Source: an uncultured Clostridia bacterium
GTDB lineage: Bacteria > Bacillota > Clostridia > Christensenellales > DTU072
Assembly (NCBI GenBank): GCA_946621465.1
Contig: CAMOOO010000001.1
Span: 384,386 to 448,385 of the forward strand
Length of the DNA: 64,000 nucleotides
Direction: 5' to 3'
The notes under the pieces are model-generated. The model saw only the letters and a list, made by a program, of their open reading frames with translations. It did no database searches and had not been told where the DNA came from. Positions 1 to 10,560 of the stretch are shown here, piece after piece (position 1 is the stretch's first letter; every line of letters starts with the position of its first letter). A program made the position numbers and the translations under genes.

Positions 1-762
1 AGAAGAATAGAAGATAATCTGAAGCGAATTAAAGAATGGGAAAAAGCGGAAGAGATAAGACAAAAAGGTGAATTCATCACTAACTATATTTACATGATAA
101 AACCGGGAGATACCACACTTAAATGTATCGACTACTACAAAAATGAAGAAATTATTATACCTCTTGACCCAACAATCTCCCCTTCTAAAAACGCGCAGGA
201 ATACTATAAAAAGTACAATAAACTAAAACGCGCTAAGGACTCGGCAAACGAACAGTTAAAAGAACTCTACCCAAAACGTGATTACCTTAAATCCATTGCC
301 GTCTCAATAGAAAGCTGTACGTTAAAAACGGAATTTGATGAAATATTATCAGAACTGAATGCATTAGGCGGTTACGTACAAAAAAGAGTTGATAAACGCA
401 AAGTTCAGCCAAGTAAACCCATGCATATCACCGTTAATAGATATGACGTCTATTACGGTAAAAATAACATTCAGAACGCTCAAGTCACCTTTGCACTCGC
501 CTCTCCTACCGACACCTGGGTCCATGCAAAAAACCATCACGGTACACACCTTATTATAAAAGGCACTCCGGACGAATCAACGCTCTACACCTGCGCTCGC
601 TTCGCCGCCTACTTCAGTGATGCGAAAAATTCCGATAAAGTGGAGGTAGACTATACCATACGTAAATTTGTCAAAAAGATCCCCGGGGCTATGCCGGGAC
701 TTGTCACCTACACCGATTACAAAACAATCCTCGTTCCACCTCTTTCTCCGGATAACTTATAA
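1..762 (+). CDS. rqcH: RqcH/FbpA-family (NFACT) ribosome-quality-control protein, C-terminal part. The 5' end lies outside the window.
   Basis: Frame 1 is open from nt 1 (RRIEDNLKRIKEWEKAEEIRQKGEF...) into tracked ORF 94..762. The tail HLIIKG...AAYFSDAKNSDKVEVDYTIRKFVKK resembles the NFACT-R/DUF814 end of Firmicutes FbpA/RqcH. Confidence 0.65.
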   Translation, partial: RRIEDNLKRIKEWEKAEEIRQKGEFITNYIYMIKPGDTTLKCIDYYKNEEIIIPLDPTISPSKNAQEYYKKYNKLKRAKDSANEQLKELYPKRDYLKSIAVSIESCTLKTEFDEILSELNALGGYVQKRVDKRKVQPSKPMHITVNRYDVYYGKNNIQNAQVTFALASPTDTWVHAKNHHGTHLIIKGTPDESTLYTCARFAAYFSDAKNSDKVEVDYTIRKFVKKIPGAMPGLVTYTDYKTILVPPLSPDNL

Positions 763-771
763 CAAAAGAAA

Positions 772-808
772 GTAACGTTATTGTTACGTCAAGTAACAAT
801 AACGTTAC
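772..808. repeat. Perfect 16-bp inverted repeat with a 5-nt spacer (GTAACGTTATTGTTAC gtcaa GTAACAATAACGTTAC)
   Basis: Read directly: arms at 772..787 and 793..808 are exact reverse complements. It lies between convergent rqcH and the GH38 gene. Confidence 0.9.
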
Positions 809-816
809 AATAAAAT

Positions 817-852
817 AGCCCTTTGGAATAATATCAAAAGGGCTTTTATTTC
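817..852. terminator. Bidirectional rho-independent terminator between convergent genes
   Basis: AGCCCTTT (817..824) pairs with AAAGGGCT (837..844). T-rich runs follow on both strands. Confidence 0.7.
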
Positions 853-866
853 TTAGATCTTCCTAT

Positions 867-3749
867 CTATTTTACTTTGAAAACCAAAGTCTTAATTTCA
901 AACGGCGTAAACTCCAATTGATTTAGATCAACATCAGCCGCATTTTTTTCTTGCAAATCAGTAGCATAGGCTACAGAATACTTGAATTTTGGCTCAAATT
1001 TTGCTTTTGCTTTCTGTCCGTGAGGTTCATATAAACGGAAAGCAATCGTGCCCTCTTCATCGCCCTTTTTTGCCAGCTCGCAAATGACGTTTCCTTTTAG
1101 ATCAAACAGCGACTTGACCGATTTAGCGGAGGGGCGAAGAGGAATATTGAGGTTGTATGCGCGTTTAACGACTTCAGAATCCTCAAACTTACCTTTATAT
1201 GGATAAATGGTCATAATAAAGCTCTGCGGTCCTCGATCGGCTTTCGGATCGGGATAAATGGGATTTCTAACGAGCGTTAAACTCACTTTTCCATTCTTAA
1301 CGCGGCTACCGTATTTACAATCGCTCATATAAGCAATACCATTTTCACCGTTATTCAGGTCAAGATATTTATGTGAGCAAATTTCGTATTTTGCTTTCTC
1401 GATGGAATCGTTCTCCGTAGTCGGACGTTTGATATTACCGTATTGGATGTCACAGGTGACCTCCGGAGCGTAAACGGTCGGCTTACTGTCGCAACGAATC
1501 TGATGATGTCTGCGGTTTAGCACAGCTTCATTTTCAATCCTGACTTCTGTATCACCGGCATAAATAATAATTTTTTGTTTAACCGATGAACGACCGAATT
1601 TAAGGACTTGCGTACGGATGAAAGCATCTCCAATGACTTTATTCTCAACTGATTCGACCCTGAATGAATACCTGGGCAACTTGGTATACCATGGTGCGAT
1701 TTCCCAAGCGTTAAAGAAAATTCTCGGGTCACAATAAATACGCATCTGGTTGAAACGACCGTAATTTTTACTTTGTGATTTATCAAACAAAATAAAGCTG
1801 CCGTCATTTTCAAACGTCAATTTAAGCAGGTCGCTTTCTATCGAAGATTTGTCCGACGTAAATACAGGGTTCTTTTCATTAACTTCAAACACTTTTGCGG
1901 AAGAAAAAGGACCTGCATTTAAGCGATAACACTTTTCGCCATCGACAAACGCACCATTGAACGGAACGGGCGCGGGATTGAAGATGCCGGCATCGCCGTC
2001 CAATTTAGCGATAGCTTCCTCTATCAATTTGTTGACTTCTTCTATGATTCGCTCCTGATGAGCGTTCCCTTCTTTGTATACTCTACCAATCGATGACCCG
2101 GGCAACGAATCGTGAAATTGATAGAAAAGCATATCTTCCCAAAGGGACTCGATTTTCGCCGAGGGATACTCGCCCGACTTTAAATAAACCCTCGTCCAGA
2201 GCGATTCGCAAATGGTCAATAGATACTCCAACCGACGATTGTATTTTTTCATTTTGCCTTGCGTCGTGTACGTCCCCTGGTGTTTTTCAAGATACAATTC
2301 CCCTTGATATGAGGGCAATTCATATTTAGAATCGCGTAAATCTCGGAAGAATTCTTCCGCCGATGCAAACTTGACGTTGGGATGAACTTTCTCCGTCTGA
2401 CGTTTAATCATCTCCAGTTGCAGCTCATTCGGACCACCGCCCCCGTCACCGACGCCGAACTCGAAAAGGATCTTCTTGACGTTCTTTTCCGTGTTAAAGT
2501 CATCGGCTTCTTTAAAACAAGCCGGCGTGCCATCTCCAACGTAATTGCCCGACGGAGACATATGAACGAGTACTTCCGATCCATCGATACCCAACCAACG
2601 GAAGGTATGGTACGGGAACTTATTAACGTTATTCCAGCTCAATTTAATGGTCATAAAATTGCGTACGCCGGACTTAGAAAGTATTTGCGGCAGATTGCCG
2701 TTATACCCGAAAACATCCGGAAGCCAACAGAGATCGGACTCAAATCCAAAATTTTCTTTCCAGAATTTTTGCCCGTATTTTATCTGACGAATAAGCGCCT
2801 CACCGCTTGCCAAATTGGTATCAGACTCTACCCATAGTGCGCCCTGCAATTCGAGGGTACCGGCTTTGTGCGCCTCTTGCAGTTTTTCGAATAATGCCGG
2901 ATGTTGTTCTTTTATCCAGGCATATTGTTGCGGTTGACTCTGCCCAAAAACGTAACCGGGATATTGCTCCATATTATATAGTTGATTTGCGAAAGTTCGC
3001 GCGCTCTTTCTCATTGTCTCGCGCTTCGGCCAAAGCCACACAAGGTCCAAATGAGCGTGTCCGACGCAATAAATCTCAGAGTCCGGGCCCTTATAATTGC
3101 GATTATACTCGGTCAAAACCTTTCTTGCTTCAGTTACTTTCCCTTCGTCAAAAAGTTTTAAACCGCTACTAAGTGCCGCCTTTGCCTCCGGATACTTATA
3201 GGCTTGATAAACGTAGGCACAAAACAAATAATCATAATAAAAGTCTTTAATTTCCTGATTGATTTTAACTAAATCAACAGAAAAAACCACCCCAAGACAA
3301 CGTAAACCATTGTATCCGGCATCCATATAGAAATCAATTTCTTTGCCGTCGCTTACTTTGTTCAATGGAATAAGCGTCTTTGCCGGGTGCGCTTGTAAGA
3401 CGTTACAAAGTCCGGTAAACTTACTGGTCATGCCGATGGACGGTACGCCGTCCTTATCATACATCAATCCCTCGCCGGAGATATTAAAAATAATACCCAG
3501 TTCATCGGGATTAACGCCCTCGGGAACTCTACCGGTGATATGAAACTGCGCGCAAGTAAAGGAATGAGGCTTTGACCAAATAGAAAACTTCTTCGCTTCC
3601 TTATACTCCCCTTGTTTTGGCGCAAGAGGTTCTTTACTTGTAGCGTAGGATACATTTAATGAGGATATTTTGGTGTAGCATTTCTTTCTTAGTCGCGCCA
3701 GTTTACCTAAAAACCTCAAATCAAAAAGCATTCTTTGCGAGGCTGCCAT
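867..3749 (-). CDS. Glycoside hydrolase family 38 alpha-mannosidase
   Basis: 960-aa ORF with the GH38 N-terminal catalytic signature GHAHLDLVWLWP and a typical length for bacterial cytoplasmic GH38. No signal peptide. Confidence 0.85.
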   Translation of the reverse strand: MAASQRMLFDLRFLGKLARLRKKCYTKISSLNVSYATSKEPLAPKQGEYKEAKKFSIWSKPHSFTCAQFHITGRVPEGVNPDELGIIFNISGEGLMYDKDGVPSIGMTSKFTGLCNVLQAHPAKTLIPLNKVSDGKEIDFYMDAGYNGLRCLGVVFSVDLVKINQEIKDFYYDYLFCAYVYQAYKYPEAKAALSSGLKLFDEGKVTEARKVLTEYNRNYKGPDSEIYCVGHAHLDLVWLWPKRETMRKSARTFANQLYNMEQYPGYVFGQSQPQQYAWIKEQHPALFEKLQEAHKAGTLELQGALWVESDTNLASGEALIRQIKYGQKFWKENFGFESDLCWLPDVFGYNGNLPQILSKSGVRNFMTIKLSWNNVNKFPYHTFRWLGIDGSEVLVHMSPSGNYVGDGTPACFKEADDFNTEKNVKKILFEFGVGDGGGGPNELQLEMIKRQTEKVHPNVKFASAEEFFRDLRDSKYELPSYQGELYLEKHQGTYTTQGKMKKYNRRLEYLLTICESLWTRVYLKSGEYPSAKIESLWEDMLFYQFHDSLPGSSIGRVYKEGNAHQERIIEEVNKLIEEAIAKLDGDAGIFNPAPVPFNGAFVDGEKCYRLNAGPFSSAKVFEVNEKNPVFTSDKSSIESDLLKLTFENDGSFILFDKSQSKNYGRFNQMRIYCDPRIFFNAWEIAPWYTKLPRYSFRVESVENKVIGDAFIRTQVLKFGRSSVKQKIIIYAGDTEVRIENEAVLNRRHHQIRCDSKPTVYAPEVTCDIQYGNIKRPTTENDSIEKAKYEICSHKYLDLNNGENGIAYMSDCKYGSRVKNGKVSLTLVRNPIYPDPKADRGPQSFIMTIYPYKGKFEDSEVVKRAYNLNIPLRPSAKSVKSLFDLKGNVICELAKKGDEEGTIAFRLYEPHGQKAKAKFEPKFKYSVAYATDLQEKNAADVDLNQLEFTPFEIKTLVFKVK

Positions 3750-3842
3750 GATGGTCTCCTTATGAATATACTATAATACTTTGGGTGATCTTTACCCAAT
3801 AATTATTCCGAAAATAGTTTTTATCGGAAAGAGGACAATATG

Positions 3843-4889
3843 CTATTGCTTACTGGGCAAGCACTCCACGAAAGTAGCATTGTCGGAATGAAGAGCAAAC
3901 TTGTTCTCAGCAGCATATGGTAAATAGAAGTAATCTCCTTTTATCATCTTACGGCTGTATCCCTCTCCGGTAATTGTCGCTTCACCTTCAAGTAAAATCC
4001 ATACGGATGGTCCATACGTCATGGTATAGCTACCGCCCGTCAAGGTATATCTATTTTCTGCAAAGCACGGCGTATCGTCATAGGTTATCAGATTCTCAAT
4101 CTTAACCATTCCATCATCCCGTATAACTCTGGGAACAATTTTACTGATATCCAGAGCTTTCTGTCCATAATAATCAAAATTAAAGCACTTTAGCGCCGTC
4201 ATCTTATCAAGTCCGATGTATTCTTCTTCATAAGAAATATGATAATCGCCACACCAACGCTCCGGTTGAATGGTAAAGTCAGTCGGTTCCTGCACTTCGA
4301 TTATAGTACACCCTGCGCCAATCGCATGGATCAAACCGGCTTTTATAATATACATGTCGCCTACTTTAGCGTCTACTTCGCCAAGAATTGAGGACATGAT
4401 ATCGCGCTCGTTTTCGCTTCTTTCTTCCAGCGCGCTAAGAGTATCTATATCAATCTTATCTTTAAAACCAAAATAAATCTTCGCGCCGGGACGAGTTCCT
4501 ACGACCAACCATGCTTCCGTTTTGCCATATTCACTGTTAAAATACTTACGGGAAAAGTCTTTCGTCGGGTGAACTTGTACGGGCAAGCGGATTTGACTGT
4601 CAAGGAACTTCACCAAACAGTCATATTTGCGTCCACCGAGCAATTCATTGGGATAGTCACGTAAAAGGTCGTCGAAGAACAAATCGGTCCCCTCAACGAC
4701 GGATACGCCGTCACGCGGTCCAAAATACTTCGGATTGATGGCTTTTACTTTACTCGCCACCCATTCTTCGGGAAACATACTGTCCCCTTTCATTTCACTA
4801 TTGAACGGTTCAAACCCCTTTCCGCCCAAATAAACGCGGAAGACGCGGTTCTCCTTAAAAAATATCGGTTGTGACACCAGCTTATTCAT
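3843..4889 (-). CDS. manA: Class I mannose-6-phosphate isomerase
   Basis: 348 aa. Has LPVQVHPTK and YGKTEAWLVV metal-site motifs typical of Firmicutes type I PMI. RBS AAGGAGA sits upstream. It is adjacent to the GH38 mannosidase. Confidence 0.8.
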   Translation of the reverse strand: MNKLVSQPIFFKENRVFRVYLGGKGFEPFNSEMKGDSMFPEEWVASKVKAINPKYFGPRDGVSVVEGTDLFFDDLLRDYPNELLGGRKYDCLVKFLDSQIRLPVQVHPTKDFSRKYFNSEYGKTEAWLVVGTRPGAKIYFGFKDKIDIDTLSALEERSENERDIMSSILGEVDAKVGDMYIIKAGLIHAIGAGCTIIEVQEPTDFTIQPERWCGDYHISYEEEYIGLDKMTALKCFNFDYYGQKALDISKIVPRVIRDDGMVKIENLITYDDTPCFAENRYTLTGGSYTMTYGPSVWILLEGEATITGEGYSRKMIKGDYFYLPYAAENKFALHSDNATFVECLPSKQ

Positions 4890-4990
4890 ATATTGTTTCT
4901 CCTTATACCCTATCGGTACTTTACTATTTTATCATATATTACAAAGCAATGCAATACAGTATGGCATGAATTTACCTCTTTCAGTCAAAG

Positions 4991-5020
4991 AAAAAGGACA
5001 GGAAAAATCCTGTCCTTTTT
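4991..5020. terminator. Bidirectional rho-independent terminator
   Basis: GGACAGG (4996..5002) pairs with CCTGTCC (5009..5015). It is flanked by an A5 run and a T5 run and sits just downstream of the 1139-aa gene stop. Confidence 0.8.
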
Positions 5021-5055
5021 ACTTTAATGAAATGATCTAGTCATTCATAAACTCA

Positions 5056-8000
5056 TTATTTGACGTATACAGGCAGATAGAGTCCCATTCCACTGCTACC
5101 GTCGAACGCCATAGCGCCGTAAGAAACAAATTGACCCATCGCCCACAACGTGGCTCCTTGCTCTCCTCCAGCAGCATAGGCAGCAGCATACCCATCTTGG
5201 AATGCCTGCAACGTAGCGGCATCTTCCGGCAAACTGTAGAACACGTTCAATCCGGCTGATTGAGCTTGGGGTAAAATAGTCGTGTCGATATGAGCCGGAC
5301 CACCGTTATCTGCTGCCCAGGGATTTGAATTGGTTTCAGTCGGAAATACGAGAATAGCAAAGTTCATCATTTCAACATTTTTCTCTTCTTTCAGAACGGT
5401 CAACATACCGCCACTGTTGCCACTGACACTTCCTTCAAAACCTTGTTTTATCAAAGCTGCTTGATCTGCTCTTCCATACGCAACGAACCACGGCTCCGTT
5501 CCGGCGACCCAGTTATTGATATTAGAACCGGTATAGATATCCATCGTCAAAGAAGAATTGAGGTTGGAATATCCGCAACTATCGGATACACCACCACCGT
5601 ACGGTCTGTTATCAAAATGAATAGCGGCGCCAGAGCAACCATTCAATTTGGTGTTCGTTAATTTCACTGCCGCCAAATCATAGGCATAAATATCGTTGCT
5701 CCAGGCGTTGCTGATAATACAGTTGCTCATATCGAGTTTAACAGCAACTTCTTCATTGGGTTGTGCGGCACTTGCGACACTACCTCCGTATATTCCACCC
5801 AAACCGGGCAGATAATATCCGGAAACACCGCCATGGAGCATCATACCCATGCTATTTTTTACAATAGAAACGTTATCTAGTTTGATCGTACCGCCACGGA
5901 AGATCATTCCGATATAAGAGGAACTCATCTTTAAGAACGGATTGTCGGTAACGCCCGATTGAGTCGCCTGCGCGCTATAAATGTTATTACCGGAGATGCG
6001 TAAATTATTAAAGGTAGCATGTCCATTGTTGGAACGATATTCCTGATCATCATAGGTCGTATTGGGATTTGTGCCGGGTTCAGTCTGCAAACAACGATAT
6101 AAGAAGATACCTATCTGCACGTTTGCCAGGTCATATCCTACGCCGGACGTACGATGAGCTTTGTCAGAAGGATCAATATACGGCAATTTGCTACCGTCGA
6201 TGGTGAAATAGTTACCGTTGATAACGATGTTATCATTGCCATTCGGAGCACTATGTCTGGTATAAACGCCTTTACCAAAGTTGTTTTTCGGAACGCCTGT
6301 ATCTATATTTTCCAATGTTACATGTTCCGTACCCATGGACCCTTCAATATCCAGCGTTACGTTTCCTCTGCTACCATATCCGGACGCATAGTCTTCTTCC
6401 AATAGCTGCGCCGTAATATTACGAAGAATGTTGATTTTGGATACGGAAAGATTAGCATAATTGGTACGAAGTTCCAAACTAGTATAGACGTTAACACCGT
6501 CGTTGACTTTGACCTTCATGCTCGGGAATGTCAAATTATCTGCACTCAAAGCATATTTGGGCTGGAATACGATTTTGATTTCCGTATCAACTAAGTCAGA
6601 ATCCAAAGTAATCACGTTACCATCCAACGTGTAATCCGAGTCAAGTAAGTTTTCGTTTTCGTCATAAATCAACAGTTCAACATTAGCTTCTTCCAATGTC
6701 AAATAATTGTTTGTCAGGTTGCTAATGGCGATATCGGGTTTGAAATTATTATATCCCGCATCAAGAACATATTCGCTTTGCGAGGTAGTAATTTGATACA
6801 CGTTATTGTTAGTGCCATTCGAGATCATCGATTGAAAATCTGAGCCAAGGTTGATCGTATTGACATACTCAACGATTTTACAATTCACGTCGGATTCGTC
6901 TACGACCAAAGTAAAGGAATCGGAAACTGACAGTGCTTCAAATTTGTTATCTCCTCCCTCAGCGAATATTCTGACGCTGTTACTGGACGATGAAAGAGAT
7001 TGGCTCTTAAAGTTATAAGTAATACCTTTTAAGAATATATAAGTATTATCTTCAACAAAGTACTTTTTACTGGAGTTTTCCAACGGCGTCCAGGTGACGC
7101 TGATGGTTATGTCTTGAGGAATGGTATACGTTCCAACGGCGTCAAATTCCTCATTGTTATAGGTATAGCCGCCGAAAGTATAACCGAATTTATCGGTGGG
7201 TAATTCATACGCTTCGCCAAAGGTTACGGGGAATTCCTCTCCATCACAGGTGATGACGTACGAATTGGGCGCAAATTTAGCATAAACGGCAAAAGAACCG
7301 TCAACTACACCGCCAGTATATGCACTGGAAGGCGCAAACTCGGGGGTAGTAAACCATCCGGCGAAGGTGTATCCGGCATGAGCGTCATTTACGTTGGGGA
7401 AATCTGCGAGAGCAATGGATTGACCTTTGTTAATAATCAGACCATCTTCTTCACCAACGGGAATGACTCCGTGATCGATACCATCGATGAAGGTAACCAT
7501 GGCTTTTTGATAGTTATTGTTCAGGGTACCAACCGCAGTAACGGTGATATTTCTCGCCCACATATACACGCCGGTAGCCGTAAATGGCTCGTTATTCATA
7601 ACAAATCCTAAGAAATCCGTCCATTCATTATCAACTGAAGTACCGATTTTTGCTAAATAAAGATCGTCATTCTCGTCAACGGAAATATCATACTCTTCGC
7701 CATAGGTGACGTCGCAGCTGAGCTGGGACCAACCAACAACGGTGATACGATACACGTTTGCCGTTCTGTTTACAAAAATTTCGGTGTTTTCACGAACGAT
7801 AAAGGTGGAGAGGTCAATCTTTTCTCCTTCGAATTCTGCGTTATCGTAGTAACCTTCAATCGTGTAACCTTCAGAAACCAATTTATTCGCTTTTTGACCA
7901 TATTGAACGGGTTGTGTTTCAATGGTAGTGCCGTTAGCATCTTTGAAAACGACGTTGTAGGTGTTAATTTGCCATTTAGCGGTCAAACGAACGTTCGTTT

Positions 8001-8475
8001 TCAGAGTGTACGTACCGGTTTGAGCGAAATACAATTCATCGTTGTTTTCATTGATATAGGTAAACCCAACGAAAGTATATCCTTCTTTTTCCGGCGTGGG
8101 AACGGTGTATTCCGAACCAGTTGTGACGGAAATCTTTTCAATAGCGGTTCCACCGTCCGAATTGACTGCAATAGAAAGTGCCTTACGAGCAAATTTTGCA
8201 TAAAGAACCAAATTATCATTGACTTCCGAGTCATCTACGTACGCACTCTCCAACGTTGTGTCCGTGTACCACCCGACGAAAGAATAACCATCCTTTGTCG
8301 GTTGTGGCAGAGTTACTGCATTGCCAGGCTCTACTGATTTCCTAGACAGAACTGTATCTCCATCCATAAACGTTACGGTATAAGTGGATTTTTTTCCGCA
8401 AGCGAAAAGACATCCGACCGCAAGAATCAGAACCAGGAAAAGCAAAACAATTTTAAAATTTGTTGTTTTTTTCAT
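5056..8475 (-). CDS. Large surface lipoprotein: N-terminal Listeria-Bacteroides (Flg_new/InlB B-repeat) modules plus a C-terminal parallel beta-helix-like region
   Basis: Signal peptide with lipobox (LAVGCLFAC). Repeated GY(T/S)FxGW(Y/F) modules. The C-terminal half has beta-helix-like repeats (NNLRISGNNIYS, LDNVSIVKNSMGMMLHGG, MSNCIISNAWSNDIYAYD, LTNTKLNGCSGAAIHFDN). RBS AAGGAGA. Confidence 0.6.
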   Translation of the reverse strand: MKKTTNFKIVLLFLVLILAVGCLFACGKKSTYTVTFMDGDTVLSRKSVEPGNAVTLPQPTKDGYSFVGWYTDTTLESAYVDDSEVNDNLVLYAKFARKALSIAVNSDGGTAIEKISVTTGSEYTVPTPEKEGYTFVGFTYINENNDELYFAQTGTYTLKTNVRLTAKWQINTYNVVFKDANGTTIETQPVQYGQKANKLVSEGYTIEGYYDNAEFEGEKIDLSTFIVRENTEIFVNRTANVYRITVVGWSQLSCDVTYGEEYDISVDENDDLYLAKIGTSVDNEWTDFLGFVMNNEPFTATGVYMWARNITVTAVGTLNNNYQKAMVTFIDGIDHGVIPVGEEDGLIINKGQSIALADFPNVNDAHAGYTFAGWFTTPEFAPSSAYTGGVVDGSFAVYAKFAPNSYVITCDGEEFPVTFGEAYELPTDKFGYTFGGYTYNNEEFDAVGTYTIPQDITISVTWTPLENSSKKYFVEDNTYIFLKGITYNFKSQSLSSSSNSVRIFAEGGDNKFEALSVSDSFTLVVDESDVNCKIVEYVNTINLGSDFQSMISNGTNNNVYQITTSQSEYVLDAGYNNFKPDIAISNLTNNYLTLEEANVELLIYDENENLLDSDYTLDGNVITLDSDLVDTEIKIVFQPKYALSADNLTFPSMKVKVNDGVNVYTSLELRTNYANLSVSKINILRNITAQLLEEDYASGYGSRGNVTLDIEGSMGTEHVTLENIDTGVPKNNFGKGVYTRHSAPNGNDNIVINGNYFTIDGSKLPYIDPSDKAHRTSGVGYDLANVQIGIFLYRCLQTEPGTNPNTTYDDQEYRSNNGHATFNNLRISGNNIYSAQATQSGVTDNPFLKMSSSYIGMIFRGGTIKLDNVSIVKNSMGMMLHGGVSGYYLPGLGGIYGGSVASAAQPNEEVAVKLDMSNCIISNAWSNDIYAYDLAAVKLTNTKLNGCSGAAIHFDNRPYGGGVSDSCGYSNLNSSLTMDIYTGSNINNWVAGTEPWFVAYGRADQAALIKQGFEGSVSGNSGGMLTVLKEEKNVEMMNFAILVFPTETNSNPWAADNGGPAHIDTTILPQAQSAGLNVFYSLPEDAATLQAFQDGYAAAYAAGGEQGATLWAMGQFVSYGAMAFDGSSGMGLYLPVYVK

Positions 8476-8493
8476 TCTTTTTCTCCTTGTTTA

Positions 8494-8907
8494 TTATTTG
8501 TTTATATATACAGTGTCTTCCTTATCGCGGGTCGGCACTAATTTTATCGTTGCTGTTATTCCATTGATTGTACTGGCGGTTATGGAGACGTCGGTATCAA
8601 TATCAAACGTAACATAACCGGTTTCATCGACGGTGACAACGTCCGGTTTACTGGATAGAAAAGTTATAGATTTATCCGTCGTTTTTTCGGGGTTAATTCG
8701 CCATTTCAACTGATAGCCCATATCCATACGCTCGACTTCTATAATAGCGTCATTATCCAGAGGTACGCCACTTTCATCCAAAAAGCATATTTCTCGCGCG
8801 TCTACTTCATTAAAGTAGGTTTCAATAGCTTTTCCAATAAAGCTGACCAAAAGTATTGCGAGTACGCATTCGAGCAGGACTACGATTACAATAATTTTTT
8901 TATTCAT
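8494..8907 (-). CDS. Small membrane-anchored protein with a Big_2-like Ig domain
   Basis: N-terminal TM helix (IIVIVVLLECVLAILLVSFIG). The C-terminal ITFLSSKPDVVTVDETGYVTF...ITASTINGITATIKL resembles bacterial Ig-like group 2. RBS GGAGGA. Confidence 0.55.
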   Translation of the reverse strand: MNKKIIVIVVLLECVLAILLVSFIGKAIETYFNEVDAREICFLDESGVPLDNDAIIEVERMDMGYQLKWRINPEKTTDKSITFLSSKPDVVTVDETGYVTFDIDTDVSITASTINGITATIKLVPTRDKEDTVYINK

Positions 8908-8919
8908 TTCTGCATCCTC

Positions 8920-10560
8920 CTACCCTTGAATATCGTTGAAATAGACCTTGAGGTGGCTATTATATAGGTACAATCTCGCCAAGAAGAATCCCAAAGCGAT
9001 CAGAATTGCGCGGATCCAACCGGAAGTAAAGTTGTCAATAAGGAGCAGCAACGTTAAAACTCCGGTCAACGTGGAAATAACGAACCCTACGACTAAGGCT
9101 TTCGCTACGTTGGGGTTATCGACAACGGCGTCGCCTTTTACCGCGTAGTCATTGACTTTCGGGTTGCAGATGTCGATCTGGAACGCCCACATAATATTGC
9201 CCAAACTGACCAAAATCATCATCACGACCATGAGCGCGATATTGGTAATGGAAAGCGTCGTCGTATACAGCAGTACGCCGCACATGGTTGCCACGGCAAG
9301 AAGATCGACGATCATGGTGACAAAAAGCTTCGCCCAGGTAACGATCATGGTGTTACTTGGAGCGGCTTTTAGCACGGAAAATTCGCTTCCCTCCGAAGAC
9401 AATGCTTGTGCACAGTTGGCATTATAGGTACTGATAAGAGAAAGGGTAATCATTAAGTTAAATGCAATGGTCATATAGTCGCCATACAAATTGGTCCGAA
9501 TCGCCGCTAAAATGAAGTTAAGAACGTAGGACAAAATCGGGAAGATTAGAATAATACTTACCGCCGAATTCATCGTTTGCGATGTACGGAACATCAATTT
9601 GAATTCTTTTCTAACAAAGGTAAGGAACAAATTACCGCCCTTATGTTTGACATAGCGATGTTTCTTCGTTTTGCTGTGTTCCGAAGAGGAACTGGCCGCT
9701 CTGAAATAGAAAGGCATTGCAACAAAGAAACAAAGCGCAGCAAAGGTAGCGAACACGACAATCGTCAACGGGAAATACAAGTATATCTTTTGCCCGAAAA
9801 CTGATCTACCGATAAAGTTATAGAACAATGAAAATTTATTGATCTTTATGAGAGTTTGATTGAACCCTTTCATAAACCGATTATATAATGCAATCAGTTT
9901 CACCGGAGTGGGGACTTTTGACAAAATGAGAACGACAACGGCAAAAATTCCTACCAAAAAGATAGCGAGGAGTCCGGCGTAAACCAAAGAATGATTCTCC
10001 AGGAATTTTTTCACAAAGATCATGGGAATGGACAGCGTAGCGCTAATGAGAACAGGCAACAAAGTCAACACCACCCATACAGGTACCAATTGGACCCAAT
10101 AATACCATCCCGATTTAGCTACTAATCCGTACGAAAGCAGGAATGGCAACACGAAAAAGCAACTTTTTTTGAATTCTTCCAAAGAAAATACAATGATTTT
10201 ACTGATAAAAATCTCGTTGTATTTACAAGGAAATGCCATCAAAATAAGGTTCTCTTTCGAAGCATATAGAACGGCGAGCATGCTCCCAACGCAGGTAATA
10301 ATACTGATAATCTGCGTCAGGAAAACAACGGACGTGAACAGTTCGTATCCGAATTTGAATTGGAAGTTCTTTTTTACGTAACTTAACAGAAAATAAAGCG
10401 CAAAAGTAATGGCGACTGCACCAACGACGCCCAAAAATATTTTGAACGCCAGTGCTTTCTTATTACCTGACTTCGCCAAACGAAGCTTCTCCCCCGCTTG
10501 CAACAGCGATAGATATTTTATTCTGCGCCAAGCATTGTTATTTGTGGTATTTTTAGTCAT
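8920..10560 (-). CDS. Polytopic (about 12 TM) putative ABC exporter permease
   Basis: Highly hydrophobic 546-aa product. The preferred start is MTKNTT at 10560, with GGAGA 5 nt upstream, 2 nt after the upstream TAA. The tracked start 10638 would overlap the ATPase gene by 86 nt. It sits directly downstream of an ABC ATPase. Confidence 0.55.
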   Translation of the reverse strand: MTKNTTNNNAWRRIKYLSLLQAGEKLRLAKSGNKKALAFKIFLGVVGAVAITFALYFLLSYVKKNFQFKFGYELFTSVVFLTQIISIITCVGSMLAVLYASKENLILMAFPCKYNEIFISKIIVFSLEEFKKSCFFVLPFLLSYGLVAKSGWYYWVQLVPVWVVLTLLPVLISATLSIPMIFVKKFLENHSLVYAGLLAIFLVGIFAVVVLILSKVPTPVKLIALYNRFMKGFNQTLIKINKFSLFYNFIGRSVFGQKIYLYFPLTIVVFATFAALCFFVAMPFYFRAASSSSEHSKTKKHRYVKHKGGNLFLTFVRKEFKLMFRTSQTMNSAVSIILIFPILSYVLNFILAAIRTNLYGDYMTIAFNLMITLSLISTYNANCAQALSSEGSEFSVLKAAPSNTMIVTWAKLFVTMIVDLLAVATMCGVLLYTTTLSITNIALMVVMMILVSLGNIMWAFQIDICNPKVNDYAVKGDAVVDNPNVAKALVVGFVISTLTGVLTLLLLIDNFTSGWIRAILIALGFFLARLYLYNSHLKVYFNDIQG

